A stretch of DNA of 64,000 nucleotides, taken from positions 62,969 to 126,968 of the forward strand of contig DSBM01000141.1 of NCBI GenBank assembly GCA_011049425.1. Direction: 5' to 3'. The notes beneath the pieces are model-generated. The model did no database searches. It was not told the origin of the DNA and worked only from the letters and a program-made list of their open reading frames with translations. Of this stretch, positions 1 to 8,116 are shown piece by piece. Every line of letters begins with the position of its first letter. Positions within the stretch are counted from its first letter, which is position 1. The position numbers and the translations under genes are program-made. This DNA is from Candidatus Aminicenantes bacterium (GTDB taxonomy: Bacteria > Acidobacteriota > Aminicenantia > UBA2199).

Positions 1-797
1 CCATCGGCATGTTGCTGGGAATCCTTGTGGGGCTGGGGCTTTATGCATTAACCGAATCGATCAGCCTTTTCTTTTCCGCCAAGGTGTTTTTCCAGATGGT
101 TTTCCTGTTCGGATTTCCTATTACAGGACTTTTTATCGGCCTGCAGAAGCCCAACATGTTCTCACCACTGAACATCAAGGAATTCCTACGCGGCAGCAGT
201 GCTTTCACGGATTCCTTTCTGCTGGATACCAGCGCCATAATCGACGGACGCATCGTTCCCATTGCCGCATCCGGTTTTATCAGCGGTGAATTGATCATCA
301 CCCAATTCGTGCTGGCTGAACTGCAGTCCATTGCAGATTCATCCGATCCCAGCAAGAAGATTCGCGGCAAACGCGGCCTGGATGTAATCGACCAGCTGCG
401 CAAGACTCCCGAGATCTCGGTCACCATCCTCAACAAGTCTGTATCCGGCGTCAAGGAAGTCGACCAGAAACTGGTTCTGCTGGCGCGGGAAAGCAATTTC
501 AAGGTGATTACCAATGACGTCAACCTGAGCAAGATCGCCAAACTGCAGGATGTCAGCATCCTCAATATCAACGAGTTGGCATTCAGCCTCAAGCCCATTG
601 TTTATCCGGGGGAACATTTGACGGTCAATATACTCAAGGAAGGCAAGGAAAAACGCCAGGGCATCGCCTATCTCGAGGACGGAACCATGGTGGTTGTGGA
701 TGACGCCAAATCGGATATCGGAAAAACCTTGCGCATTGAGGTGACTTCCGTGCTTCAGTCCACCACGGGCAAAATGATTTTCGGCAAAAAATCCTGA
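1..797 (+). CDS. YacL-like membrane protein with PIN and C-terminal TRAM domains (5' partial, continues beyond window start)
   Basis: ORF 9..797 is open to position 1. N-terminal hydrophobic segments, a PIN-like core (LLDTSAIIDGRIV...) and a TRAM-like C-terminus (GEHLTVNILKEGKEKRQGIAYLEDGTMVVV). ATGA overlap with ispF, as in yacL-ispDF neighbourhoods. Confidence 0.6.
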   Translation, partial: IGMLLGILVGLGLYALTESISLFFSAKVFFQMVFLFGFPITGLFIGLQKPNMFSPLNIKEFLRGSSAFTDSFLLDTSAIIDGRIVPIAASGFISGELIITQFVLAELQSIADSSDPSKKIRGKRGLDVIDQLRKTPEISVTILNKSVSGVKEVDQKLVLLARESNFKVITNDVNLSKIAKLQDVSILNINELAFSLKPIVYPGEHLTVNILKEGKEKRQGIAYLEDGTMVVVDDAKSDIGKTLRIEVTSVLQSTTGKMIFGKKS

Positions 798-1288
798 TGC
801 TCAAGATCCGCGCGGGCGCAGGGTACGACATCCATCGCCTCGAAAGGGGAGGGAAGTTAATGATCGGCGGAATCCAAGTCAGCAATGACTTGCATTTCGT
901 GGCCCATTCGGACGGTGATGTGCTGCTGCACGCTTTGATAGACGCCCTGTTGGGCGCCTCGGGGCAACCGGACATCGGCGAATTATTCCCGGACACCGAT
1001 CCCCGCTATCGCAATATCTCAAGCTCCACTCTGCTGGAAAATGTCCTTTTACGTTTACATGAAAACGGTTTTACAATCATTAACATCGATTGCACCGTCG
1101 TGGCCCAAAAACCTCTTCTGCAACCTTTCAAGCCGGCTATGCGTGAAAACCTGGCGCGAATGCTGAAAATCCCCGCCGATGCGATCGGGGTGAAAGCCAA
1201 GACCCGTGAAGGCCTGGGCGCGGTGGGTCGCGGCGAGGCCATTGAATGTTACTGTATCTGCATGATCCGCGCACGCGCTGAATCATGA
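797..1288 (+). CDS. ispF: 2-C-methyl-D-erythritol 2,4-cyclodiphosphate synthase
   Basis: 163 aa with conserved IspF motifs (GYDIHRL, HSDGDVLLHAL, GIKAKTREGLG). Confidence 0.9.
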   Translation: MLKIRAGAGYDIHRLERGGKLMIGGIQVSNDLHFVAHSDGDVLLHALIDALLGASGQPDIGELFPDTDPRYRNISSSTLLENVLLRLHENGFTIINIDCTVVAQKPLLQPFKPAMRENLARMLKIPADAIGVKAKTREGLGAVGRGEAIECYCICMIRARAES

Positions 1289-2604
1289 AACGCATCCCCA
1301 TCATCACCATTATCGGTGTTCCCAATACAGGGAAATCGACCCTGTTCAATCGCTTGACCGGCCGCCGCAAAGCCCTGGTTCATCCGGAACCCGGTATGAC
1401 GCGGGACGTGTTTCGCATGCCGATGTTCTTGGATGAACGGCCGGTTTTCCTTCAGGATTCCGGCGGGTTTTTCCCCGATAAGTCCGATATATCTAAAGAA
1501 ATAAACATCCGGGTGTTGCGCGAAGCGGAACGCTCCGATGTGGTTGTTTTTTTGTGCGATGGCAAGCGGGATATCCTCGGATATGAAAAGGATTTTTACC
1601 TTTCCGTGCGCAGCCGTGCACAATCACTTATTCTGGTCGTAAACAAAGTGGATGACCCGGAACGCCATGTCGTTCCCCAATCGTATTATGAATTAAAGAC
1701 CGATGTGCTGGCGATCTCCGCTGAACACGATCTGGGAATCAATCAGCTCCGTTTTCTTCTTGGCGAAAAAATAGGTGAATCCGTCACCAAGCCCACAACA
1801 GAACCGGGCAACGCCTCGCGCATCAGTATAGTGGGCAAACCCAATGTGGGCAAATCTTCGCTGATCAACAGCATCCTTAGGGATGACTTGTTGATTGTAA
1901 GCCCGATTCCCGGAACCACACGCGATTCAATTGACCTGGCCCTCAGCCGCAACAATCGAGACATGATCCTGGTAGATAATGCCGGGATTCGCAAAATGCA
2001 AAAAATTCACGAAGACACGGAGAGTATCGCCGTACTCCGTGCGCAGAAAGATATCCATAGCGCGGATATCATTATCCTGGTTATCGATGCTTCGCGCAAA
2101 ATCAGTCAAAATGATTTGTTTATCGCCGACCAGGTGTTGAAATCAGCCAAACCGGTCATCCTGGCCGCCAATAAGTGGGACCTGGTATCGGCCTCACAGG
2201 CCCCGCATTTACTCGAACAATCGATTCGTCAACGCCTGCACGCATTTTATTTCGCTCCTTTTCATCTGGTATCCGCCTTAAATGGGAAAAATGTTTTCCG
2301 CTTGCTGGACAATGCGGAACGAATTCACATGGTACTTCAAGAGGGGGTTCGCACACCGGTCCTGAACCGCGCCATTAACTCAGCCTACGCGGAAAAACGC
2401 CTGGTGACAAAAAGCGGAAAGGCATTCAAATCGAAATACGCGACCATAGAATCCAGACGGCCATTCTTTATTCGCCTGCAGTCTCGTTATTCCGAGCACC
2501 TGAAACCTTCGGATGAAACCTTTCTCAAAAAGCGTATTACAGAAAAGCTTGATTTATGGGGCATTCCCATCTTTGTCAAAGTCACGGCATCCGCGCGGAA
2601 CTGA
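1285..2604 (+). CDS. der: Ribosome-biogenesis GTPase Der/EngA (tandem GTPase domains + KH-like C-terminus)
   Basis: Two G domains (GVPNTGKSTLFN; GKPNVGKSSLIN, DNAGIRK) and a C-terminal KH-like domain. 4-nt overlap with ispF. Confidence 0.9.
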   Translation: MKRIPIITIIGVPNTGKSTLFNRLTGRRKALVHPEPGMTRDVFRMPMFLDERPVFLQDSGGFFPDKSDISKEINIRVLREAERSDVVVFLCDGKRDILGYEKDFYLSVRSRAQSLILVVNKVDDPERHVVPQSYYELKTDVLAISAEHDLGINQLRFLLGEKIGESVTKPTTEPGNASRISIVGKPNVGKSSLINSILRDDLLIVSPIPGTTRDSIDLALSRNNRDMILVDNAGIRKMQKIHEDTESIAVLRAQKDIHSADIIILVIDASRKISQNDLFIADQVLKSAKPVILAANKWDLVSASQAPHLLEQSIRQRLHAFYFAPFHLVSALNGKNVFRLLDNAERIHMVLQEGVRTPVLNRAINSAYAEKRLVTKSGKAFKSKYATIESRRPFFIRLQSRYSEHLKPSDETFLKKRITEKLDLWGIPIFVKVTASARN

Positions 2605-2678
2605 GCATTGTCGACGCGTCGACATCTCTGTTGCAAAGGCATGTTCGACCGCATGCGCCGCCCAGCTTTATGTTTTCC

Positions 2679-2707
2679 TTGACATCGATTTCACCATAAA
2701 GTAGGAT
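2679..2707 (+). promoter_or_regulatory. Candidate sigma70 promoter for parAB (TTGACA-17 bp-TAGGAT)
   Basis: TTGACA at 2679-2684, a 17-bp spacer, TAGGAT at 2702-2707, about 12-70 nt upstream of the possible parA starts. Confidence 0.3.
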
Positions 2708-2718
2708 GCATTCAAGCG

Positions 2719-3531
2719 TTGGGAAACCATAGGAAACAAACCCTAAAACGCCATGACGGGAATCAGGAGAACAGCGTGATCATTACCATTGCCAACCAGA
2801 AAGGCGGGGTGGGGAAGACCACCACTGCAGTAAACCTCGCGGCTGCATTTGCCTTGGCCGGAAGACGCGCCCTACTCATTGATATGGACCCGCAGGCCAA
2901 CTCCACAGTGTCTTTTCTGGACTCGCGTGACATCGAGCTGAGCGTATTTCATTACCTGGAAGACATCGATACCGCGTTTGAGGATGTGGTTCAATCCACG
3001 TCAATTGAAAACCTTGATCTGCTTCCCGCTTCCATCTCCCTGGCCAAACTTGAATCCAAAATGATCGGCGAAATTGATGGCCATTTCCGCCTGAAAGATC
3101 GCCTGGATGCCGTGTTTCCTCGATATGACTATGTCTTGATCGATACGCCGCCAACCCTCGGATTGATCACCATCAACAGTTTAGTGGCGGCTACCCACTT
3201 ACTCATCCCCATTCAGGCATCCTATTTTGCTTTAGAAGGCACGGATGATCTGTTGGATACTTTTGAAAAAGTCCAAGCGCGCAGCAATCCGGAATTAGCC
3301 ATTCTGGGTGTCCTCATCACCCTGTATGATCGACGCATCGTAATCGCACGTGACAGCGCGGCACACATCCGGGGGATCTTTAAGGATCGCATGTTCAAAA
3401 CCGTGATTTCACGCAATGTGAGGTTGGAAGAGAGCCCGGCATTTAAAGAATCCATATTCACCCACGCTCCGAATTCTCGCGGGGCAGGGGAGTACAAAAA
3501 CCTGGCAAGGGAGATTATGAAACATGGCTAA
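2719..3531 (+). CDS. parA: Chromosome-partitioning ATPase ParA/Soj
   Basis: Deviant Walker A (NQKGGVGKTTTAVNLAAA) and ParA-family core. The true start may be the GTG at about 2776 (VIITIANQKGG). Confidence 0.85.
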   Translation: MGNHRKQTLKRHDGNQENSVIITIANQKGGVGKTTTAVNLAAAFALAGRRALLIDMDPQANSTVSFLDSRDIELSVFHYLEDIDTAFEDVVQSTSIENLDLLPASISLAKLESKMIGEIDGHFRLKDRLDAVFPRYDYVLIDTPPTLGLITINSLVAATHLLIPIQASYFALEGTDDLLDTFEKVQARSNPELAILGVLITLYDRRIVIARDSAAHIRGIFKDRMFKTVISRNVRLEESPAFKESIFTHAPNSRGAGEYKNLAREIMKHG

Positions 3532-4387
3532 AAAGATCGGCTTGCCTGAATCCATCAAGTTGAAACATGATCATCACCTGGTAGACGAGCTTTCAAGTCG
3601 CAGCCGCACCTGCGTGATCCGCTATATTTCGCTGGAACGGATCGTGGCCGGCGCGCAGCAGCCGCGCAGTGATTTTGGTGACATCGAAGCGCTGGCGGCT
3701 TCGATCCGCGAAAAAGGCGTTATTGAACCCATAATTTTGCGTTCAAGGGATGGTCGATTCGAAATCATTGCCGGAGAGAGACGCTACCGCGCGGCCAGAT
3801 TGGCCGGTTTAACTGAAATTCCCGGAATTGAATACGACATTCAGGACAATGAAGCTTTGGAACTGTCCATTGTGGAAAATGCCCAGAGAAAAGACTTGAA
3901 CCCGTTTGAATTGGCATTTTCTCTAAAGTCCCTGAACGAGATATATGGATACACCCACGAAGAAATCGCCAAAAAAGTCGGCAACTCAAGGGTATCCATC
4001 ACGGAAATGATACGCCTCAGTGACATGCCGCCCCAGGTAGTCAGCCGTTGCCAGGAAATGGGTATCGAGTCTAAGTCATTCCTGCTTGAACTGGTAAAGC
4101 TGGAAAATATCGAGCAGATGATGCATGTACTGGATCAATATGCAAAATCGCCGTTTTCCAGGGATGCCGTCAAGGAAATCCGCCGGCGCAAAACGCCGGA
4201 GGGCAAAGAAAAGGGCCGGCCCGCTGCCGCAAAAGCGCAGAGTTTCAAGTTTGTGGCGCCCGACAAATCCCTGAAAATCGATTTCCGTTTTCGCGAAGGT
4301 GAGATCAACCGCGAGCGCCTTATTGACGTATTGCAGACACTGCTTGAGGATCTGCAGAGCGGGCGGATCAAGGGCATCAATACCTGA
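3524..4387 (+). CDS. parB: Chromosome-partitioning protein ParB/Spo0J
   Basis: ParB box (IIAGERRYRAARLAGLTEIP) and HTH. 8-nt overlap with parA. Confidence 0.85.
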   Translation: MAKKIGLPESIKLKHDHHLVDELSSRSRTCVIRYISLERIVAGAQQPRSDFGDIEALAASIREKGVIEPIILRSRDGRFEIIAGERRYRAARLAGLTEIPGIEYDIQDNEALELSIVENAQRKDLNPFELAFSLKSLNEIYGYTHEEIAKKVGNSRVSITEMIRLSDMPPQVVSRCQEMGIESKSFLLELVKLENIEQMMHVLDQYAKSPFSRDAVKEIRRRKTPEGKEKGRPAAAKAQSFKFVAPDKSLKIDFRFREGEINRERLIDVLQTLLEDLQSGRIKGINT

Positions 4388-4630
4388 TTTAATTGAAAAT
4401 TCGGTTTTTGGTTAAGGAATGTGTTGTTAAGTTTACATAATATATCTTATCCGACGTTACATCCGCTATGCATCTATCGCGCCGATATGGCAGTATTTTC
4501 ATCTTTGTGGATAACTCTTGTGTATGTCTTGTGAAGGCTTTCTGGCAGTTCGCGTCTGTTTTCCCGCGATATCGTTCATCCGCCATTGCAACTGTCCGGG
4601 ACCCGCTGGAATTAGTTGCTTTTCTTCCCT

Positions 4631-4651
4631 GGCCAGGCGCCTGGTTTTGTG
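4631..4651 (+). terminator. Candidate intrinsic terminator (perfect palindrome CCAGGCGCCTGG + TTTTGTG) about 250 nt downstream of parB
   Basis: GC-rich 12-bp palindrome at 4633-4644 followed directly by a T-run on the + strand. Confidence 0.4.
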
Positions 4652-5113
4652 CTGGCGATATGCAGCCGCGACCCAATTGGGGATTTCCCGTTTCGGCCTG
4701 AATTGAATCTTTTGGTTCTGTTACGTTGGTGATTGGAGTGAAGCTTCAGAACACCCAGAGGGCATAAATACCCGTAGGACATAAAGCATAAGCGAACGCA
4801 AGCGTAGGTTCCTGGGACCCATTTTTAAATTAGAATAACGTCCGCCCACACAGAATGGAAGAAAACCAATCTTTTCAACTATAGATCCCTTGCGTTTCCG
4901 TGTCGGTAATCCCGAATTGACGGTAAACGGGAATTTTTACTGCGCCGTTACCGGCAGAACTGTCTCAGCAGAAATAGTGTTTTGTTTTTCGGAAAACCTA
5001 TATAAGGGATATTCAGCTAGAAATATGCCTTATTTGGCTGATTGTACAGTTGCTGCGCTGGACTTACTGAGGCGGTTTTTGGTTGGGCGCGAACATTTTA
5101 AATTTTGCTTGCG

Positions 5114-5989
5114 CTATGTGTTTCGGCCCAATGACTCGCTCAAATTCTTTAGTCCCTGGTCCATTTTTTCCTGGAAAATCCGCCAGGTGGATGCCTGGTT
5201 GCACTTGCCGCTGCGGATGTTGACATCGAATACGGAAAAATCCATGACCAGGTTGTTGCGGGCCACCTCAAAACGCTGGTACATTCCGGTCAGGAAGCGT
5301 TCAATAATGGGTTTGCGCTTCATGCCGATCACCGAATTGAGAGATCCGGTCATGCCCACATCGGTTTGATACCCGGTGCCGTTGCTGAGAATGCGCACGT
5401 CACTGGTTTGCACGTGGGTATGGGTGCCCACCATGACACTCACCCGCCCATCCAGAAAAAAGCCCATGGCTTGTTTTTCCGCCGTGGCTTCGGCGTGAAA
5501 ATCCACGAAAACGCATTTCTCGGGGTCTTCTTTCAAGAGGCGATCCACAATCAGAAAGGGATTGTCGACCACGGGTTCCATGAAAACCCGCCCCTGCAGG
5601 TTGATTACGCGCAGTTTGGCTCCATTTGCCAGATTCGCCTTATAGCAGCCATTTCCGGGAACACTTGGTGGATAGTTCATCGGCCTCAGGATGCGGGGAT
5701 TTTCGCGCAGCAATTCAACGGCTTCACGCTTGTCCCATACGTGGTTTCCCGAAGTGATCAGGTCCACGCCGGCCTGGAACAACTCTACGGCTGTTTTGGG
5801 AATGATACCTAAGCCTCCGGCACTGTTTTCGCCGTTGGCAATCACAAAATCAGGGCGAATGCGATAACGCACTTTGGGCAGCACATCAGCCAGGAATCTC
5901 CTGGCCCCGCGTCCCACCACATCCCCGATAAACACCACGCGCAGGTCTGGGGATTCGCTACTTGTATTTTTCCTATTTGGCATATTCAA
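5114..5989 (-). CDS. ymdB: YmdB-family metallophosphoesterase (2',3'-cyclic-nucleotide phosphodiesterase, TIGR00282-like)
   Basis: VVFIGDVVGRGAR...GNHVWD...HAEATAEK...GTHTHVQTSD calcineurin-like motifs. Lies downstream of rny, as in Bacillus. Confidence 0.85.
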   Translation of the reverse strand: MNMPNRKNTSSESPDLRVVFIGDVVGRGARRFLADVLPKVRYRIRPDFVIANGENSAGGLGIIPKTAVELFQAGVDLITSGNHVWDKREAVELLRENPRILRPMNYPPSVPGNGCYKANLANGAKLRVINLQGRVFMEPVVDNPFLIVDRLLKEDPEKCVFVDFHAEATAEKQAMGFFLDGRVSVMVGTHTHVQTSDVRILSNGTGYQTDVGMTGSLNSVIGMKRKPIIERFLTGMYQRFEVARNNLVMDFSVFDVNIRSGKCNQASTWRIFQEKMDQGLKNLSESLGRNT

Positions 5990-7535
5990 CTGCTCGGACT
6001 TCTCGTATCACCGTGACCTTGATCTGGCCGGGGTATTCCAATTCCTCCTGGATGCGTTTGGCAATATCTTTGGACACGAAAAACACCTTGTTATCGTTCA
6101 TTTCATTGGAATCCACGATAACCCGGACTTCCCGGCCGGCCCGCAGCGCGTAGGCTTTTTCCACACCCTCAAAACCGGCGCACACTTCCTCCAGTTTTTC
6201 CAGGCGCTTGATATAGGTTTCAAAGATCTCTCTCCTGGCGCCTGGCCGGGCTGCGGACATGGTATCCGCCGCCTGGATCAACACACCCTCAACCGCGGTA
6301 AAATCCACGTCCATGTGGTGAGAAGCAATGGCCTCCTGCACCTGTTTGGACTCGCCGAACTTGCGGGCCAGGTCGACCGACAACTGGGTATGGGTGCCTT
6401 CAGTTTCGCGGTCAATGGATTTGCCCACATCGTGCAGCAGTCCGGCGCGGCGGGCGACGTTTACATTCGCCCCCAGTTCCCGTGCCATAAACGCCGCGAT
6501 CAGGGCCACCTCTTGGGAATGCTGCAGGGCATTCTGGCCATATGAAGTACGGAACTTCAGTTTCCCCAGGTAGTAGTACAACTCCGGGTTTATGTCCTTG
6601 ATTCCCAATTCCACGACGGTCTGCTCGCCGACTTCGCGGAGAAAGTCATCGAATCCCGTTTCGATCTTTTCCACGATCTCTTCCACGCGCGCGGGATGAA
6701 TCCTGCCGTCCTGGATCAGTGTTTCCAAAGCCCGCTTGGCAATTTCGCGACGAATGGGGTCGAAAGAAGAAACGATAATCGCTTCCGGGGTATCATCTAC
6801 AATGAAGTCAACACCGGTCGCGTTTTCCAGGGCGCGGATATTGCGCCCTTCCCTACCGATAATCCGCCCTTTCATCTCGTCATTGGGAAGATCGATTACC
6901 GCTACGGACGAAGAAACCACGTGCTCGGAAGCCAGCCGCTGGATGGCCGTGCCGATAATGTCCTTGGCCATGACCTGGCTTTTTTCTTTTAAATCCTCTT
7001 CAATGGCCCGCAATCGCTGAGCGGATTCCATGCGGGCTTCGCTTTCGTATTGGCTGACGATCAACTCTTTGGCTTCCTGAACGGTCAAGCCGGAAATAGT
7101 TTCCAACTTTTTGCGCTGTTCTTCAAGCGTGTTTTCCAATTCGCGGCGCGCCAGGTCCAGTTGTTGCCCACGCTCCCCCAGTTGGACTTCAACTTTTTTC
7201 AGGTCTTTTTCCTTGTTTTCCAGGTTGATGTAGCGATGGTCCAGATTCTCTTCCTTCTGTACCAGGCGACGCTCCGTTTCATTGATTTTGTTTATTTTCT
7301 GGCTCTGTTTGCGATTGTATTCGTTTTTCCAGTTGATAAACTCTTCTTTCAGTTCAAGATTGGTTTTCGTGCGCTGGGCGGCCAACTCCTGGTCAGCCTG
7401 ACGTTTCCATTCCTGTTGCTGCTGCTCAAGCCTCCGGTATTGTCCGGAAAACAGCTTCTTGCGCAACAGGAAAACCACTACAGCGGTCAAAGCGATTCCG
7501 CCCAGGAACGGAACCATATATGTAAGTATCGACAT
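5973..7535 (-). CDS. rny: Ribonuclease Y (N-terminal TM, coiled coil, KH and HD domains)
   Basis: N-terminal TM helix, long coiled coil, KH (GREGRNIRALENATGVDFIVDD) and HD domain (HSQEVALIAAF...LLHDVGK). Confidence 0.9.
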   Translation of the reverse strand: MSILTYMVPFLGGIALTAVVVFLLRKKLFSGQYRRLEQQQQEWKRQADQELAAQRTKTNLELKEEFINWKNEYNRKQSQKINKINETERRLVQKEENLDHRYINLENKEKDLKKVEVQLGERGQQLDLARRELENTLEEQRKKLETISGLTVQEAKELIVSQYESEARMESAQRLRAIEEDLKEKSQVMAKDIIGTAIQRLASEHVVSSSVAVIDLPNDEMKGRIIGREGRNIRALENATGVDFIVDDTPEAIIVSSFDPIRREIAKRALETLIQDGRIHPARVEEIVEKIETGFDDFLREVGEQTVVELGIKDINPELYYYLGKLKFRTSYGQNALQHSQEVALIAAFMARELGANVNVARRAGLLHDVGKSIDRETEGTHTQLSVDLARKFGESKQVQEAIASHHMDVDFTAVEGVLIQAADTMSAARPGARREIFETYIKRLEKLEEVCAGFEGVEKAYALRAGREVRVIVDSNEMNDNKVFFVSKDIAKRIQEELEYPGQIKVTVIREVRAVEYAK

Positions 7536-7558
7536 GTCTCCTCCTTAAACAGGACATG

Positions 7559-7897
7559 CTACTTCGACAGCGGATTTTGCAGGGAATTTGATTTTTCATG
7601 GGCGCGTCCGCAATCGGCATCCATATTATCCAATGTCGCAATCACCTTGTCGATCCTGCGCAAAACAGCACGAAGATCATCGTTTTCACGGCGCAGGGAA
7701 AACAACTCGGCCGCAATGTTGATCGAGGTCAACAATCCCAACCGGAACGAATCCATATCGATGGACCGGCCCCGGACGGCGCGTATCTTATCTTCCACGT
7801 AAGCAATGATTTCCATAAAGGTGCGGGGGTGGATTTCTGTAGGTAAATCAAAACGGAAATTCCGCCCCAAAATCTTTACATCAATCGTTCTTACCAT
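7559..7897 (-). CDS. zapA: Cell division protein ZapA
   Basis: About 110 aa. ZapA-like N-terminus (MVRTIDVKILGRNFRF) and a C-terminal coiled coil. Start chosen at the ATG at 7897; the ORF extends to 7918. Confidence 0.7.
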   Translation of the reverse strand: MVRTIDVKILGRNFRFDLPTEIHPRTFMEIIAYVEDKIRAVRGRSIDMDSFRLGLLTSINIAAELFSLRRENDDLRAVLRRIDKVIATLDNMDADCGRAHEKSNSLQNPLSK

Positions 7898-8102
7898 TAT
7901 CGTCTTCCAGAGAATCAACCAATGCCAACAGGCTGTTGACTTTGCGTCTGATCTCCTCCCTTTCCTTGTTGATCTGGGTTTTGGCCTGCTCGATCTCAGC
8001 CAGCGAATTTTGCAAGCGCCGGTTGTCTTCGCGCAGGCGTTTTATTTCTTCCACCAATGCCATTACCCGCTTTTCCAGGCGGGAAAAATCATTCTCCGGC
8101 AT
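7881..8102 (-). CDS. Small coiled-coil protein, ZapB-like (cell division)
   Basis: 73 aa, entirely heptad coiled coil, immediately upstream of and overlapping zapA. Confidence 0.45.
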   Translation of the reverse strand: MPENDFSRLEKRVMALVEEIKRLREDNRRLQNSLAEIEQAKTQINKEREEIRRKVNSLLALVDSLEDDNGKND

Positions 8103-8116
8103 GGTTTCCCTCCTCC

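Noticed and set aside
2610-2623. Cloning-vector polylinker (SalI-MluI-SalI) contamination
   Set aside because: No other vector-like sequence surrounds it. The flanking sequence runs continuously into bona fide der and parA genes with native composition.
4890-5369. 159-aa plus-strand ORF at the end of the parB-ymdB gap
   Set aside because: The second half overlaps the ymdB 3' end antisense. The translation is hydrophobic and low-complexity with no family match. It is more likely non-coding.
5874-7802. Plus-strand ORFs of 223 and 250 aa (5874..6545, 7050..7802)
   Set aside because: Both are antisense within rny, which carries KH and HD motifs on the minus strand. Their translations are low-complexity.
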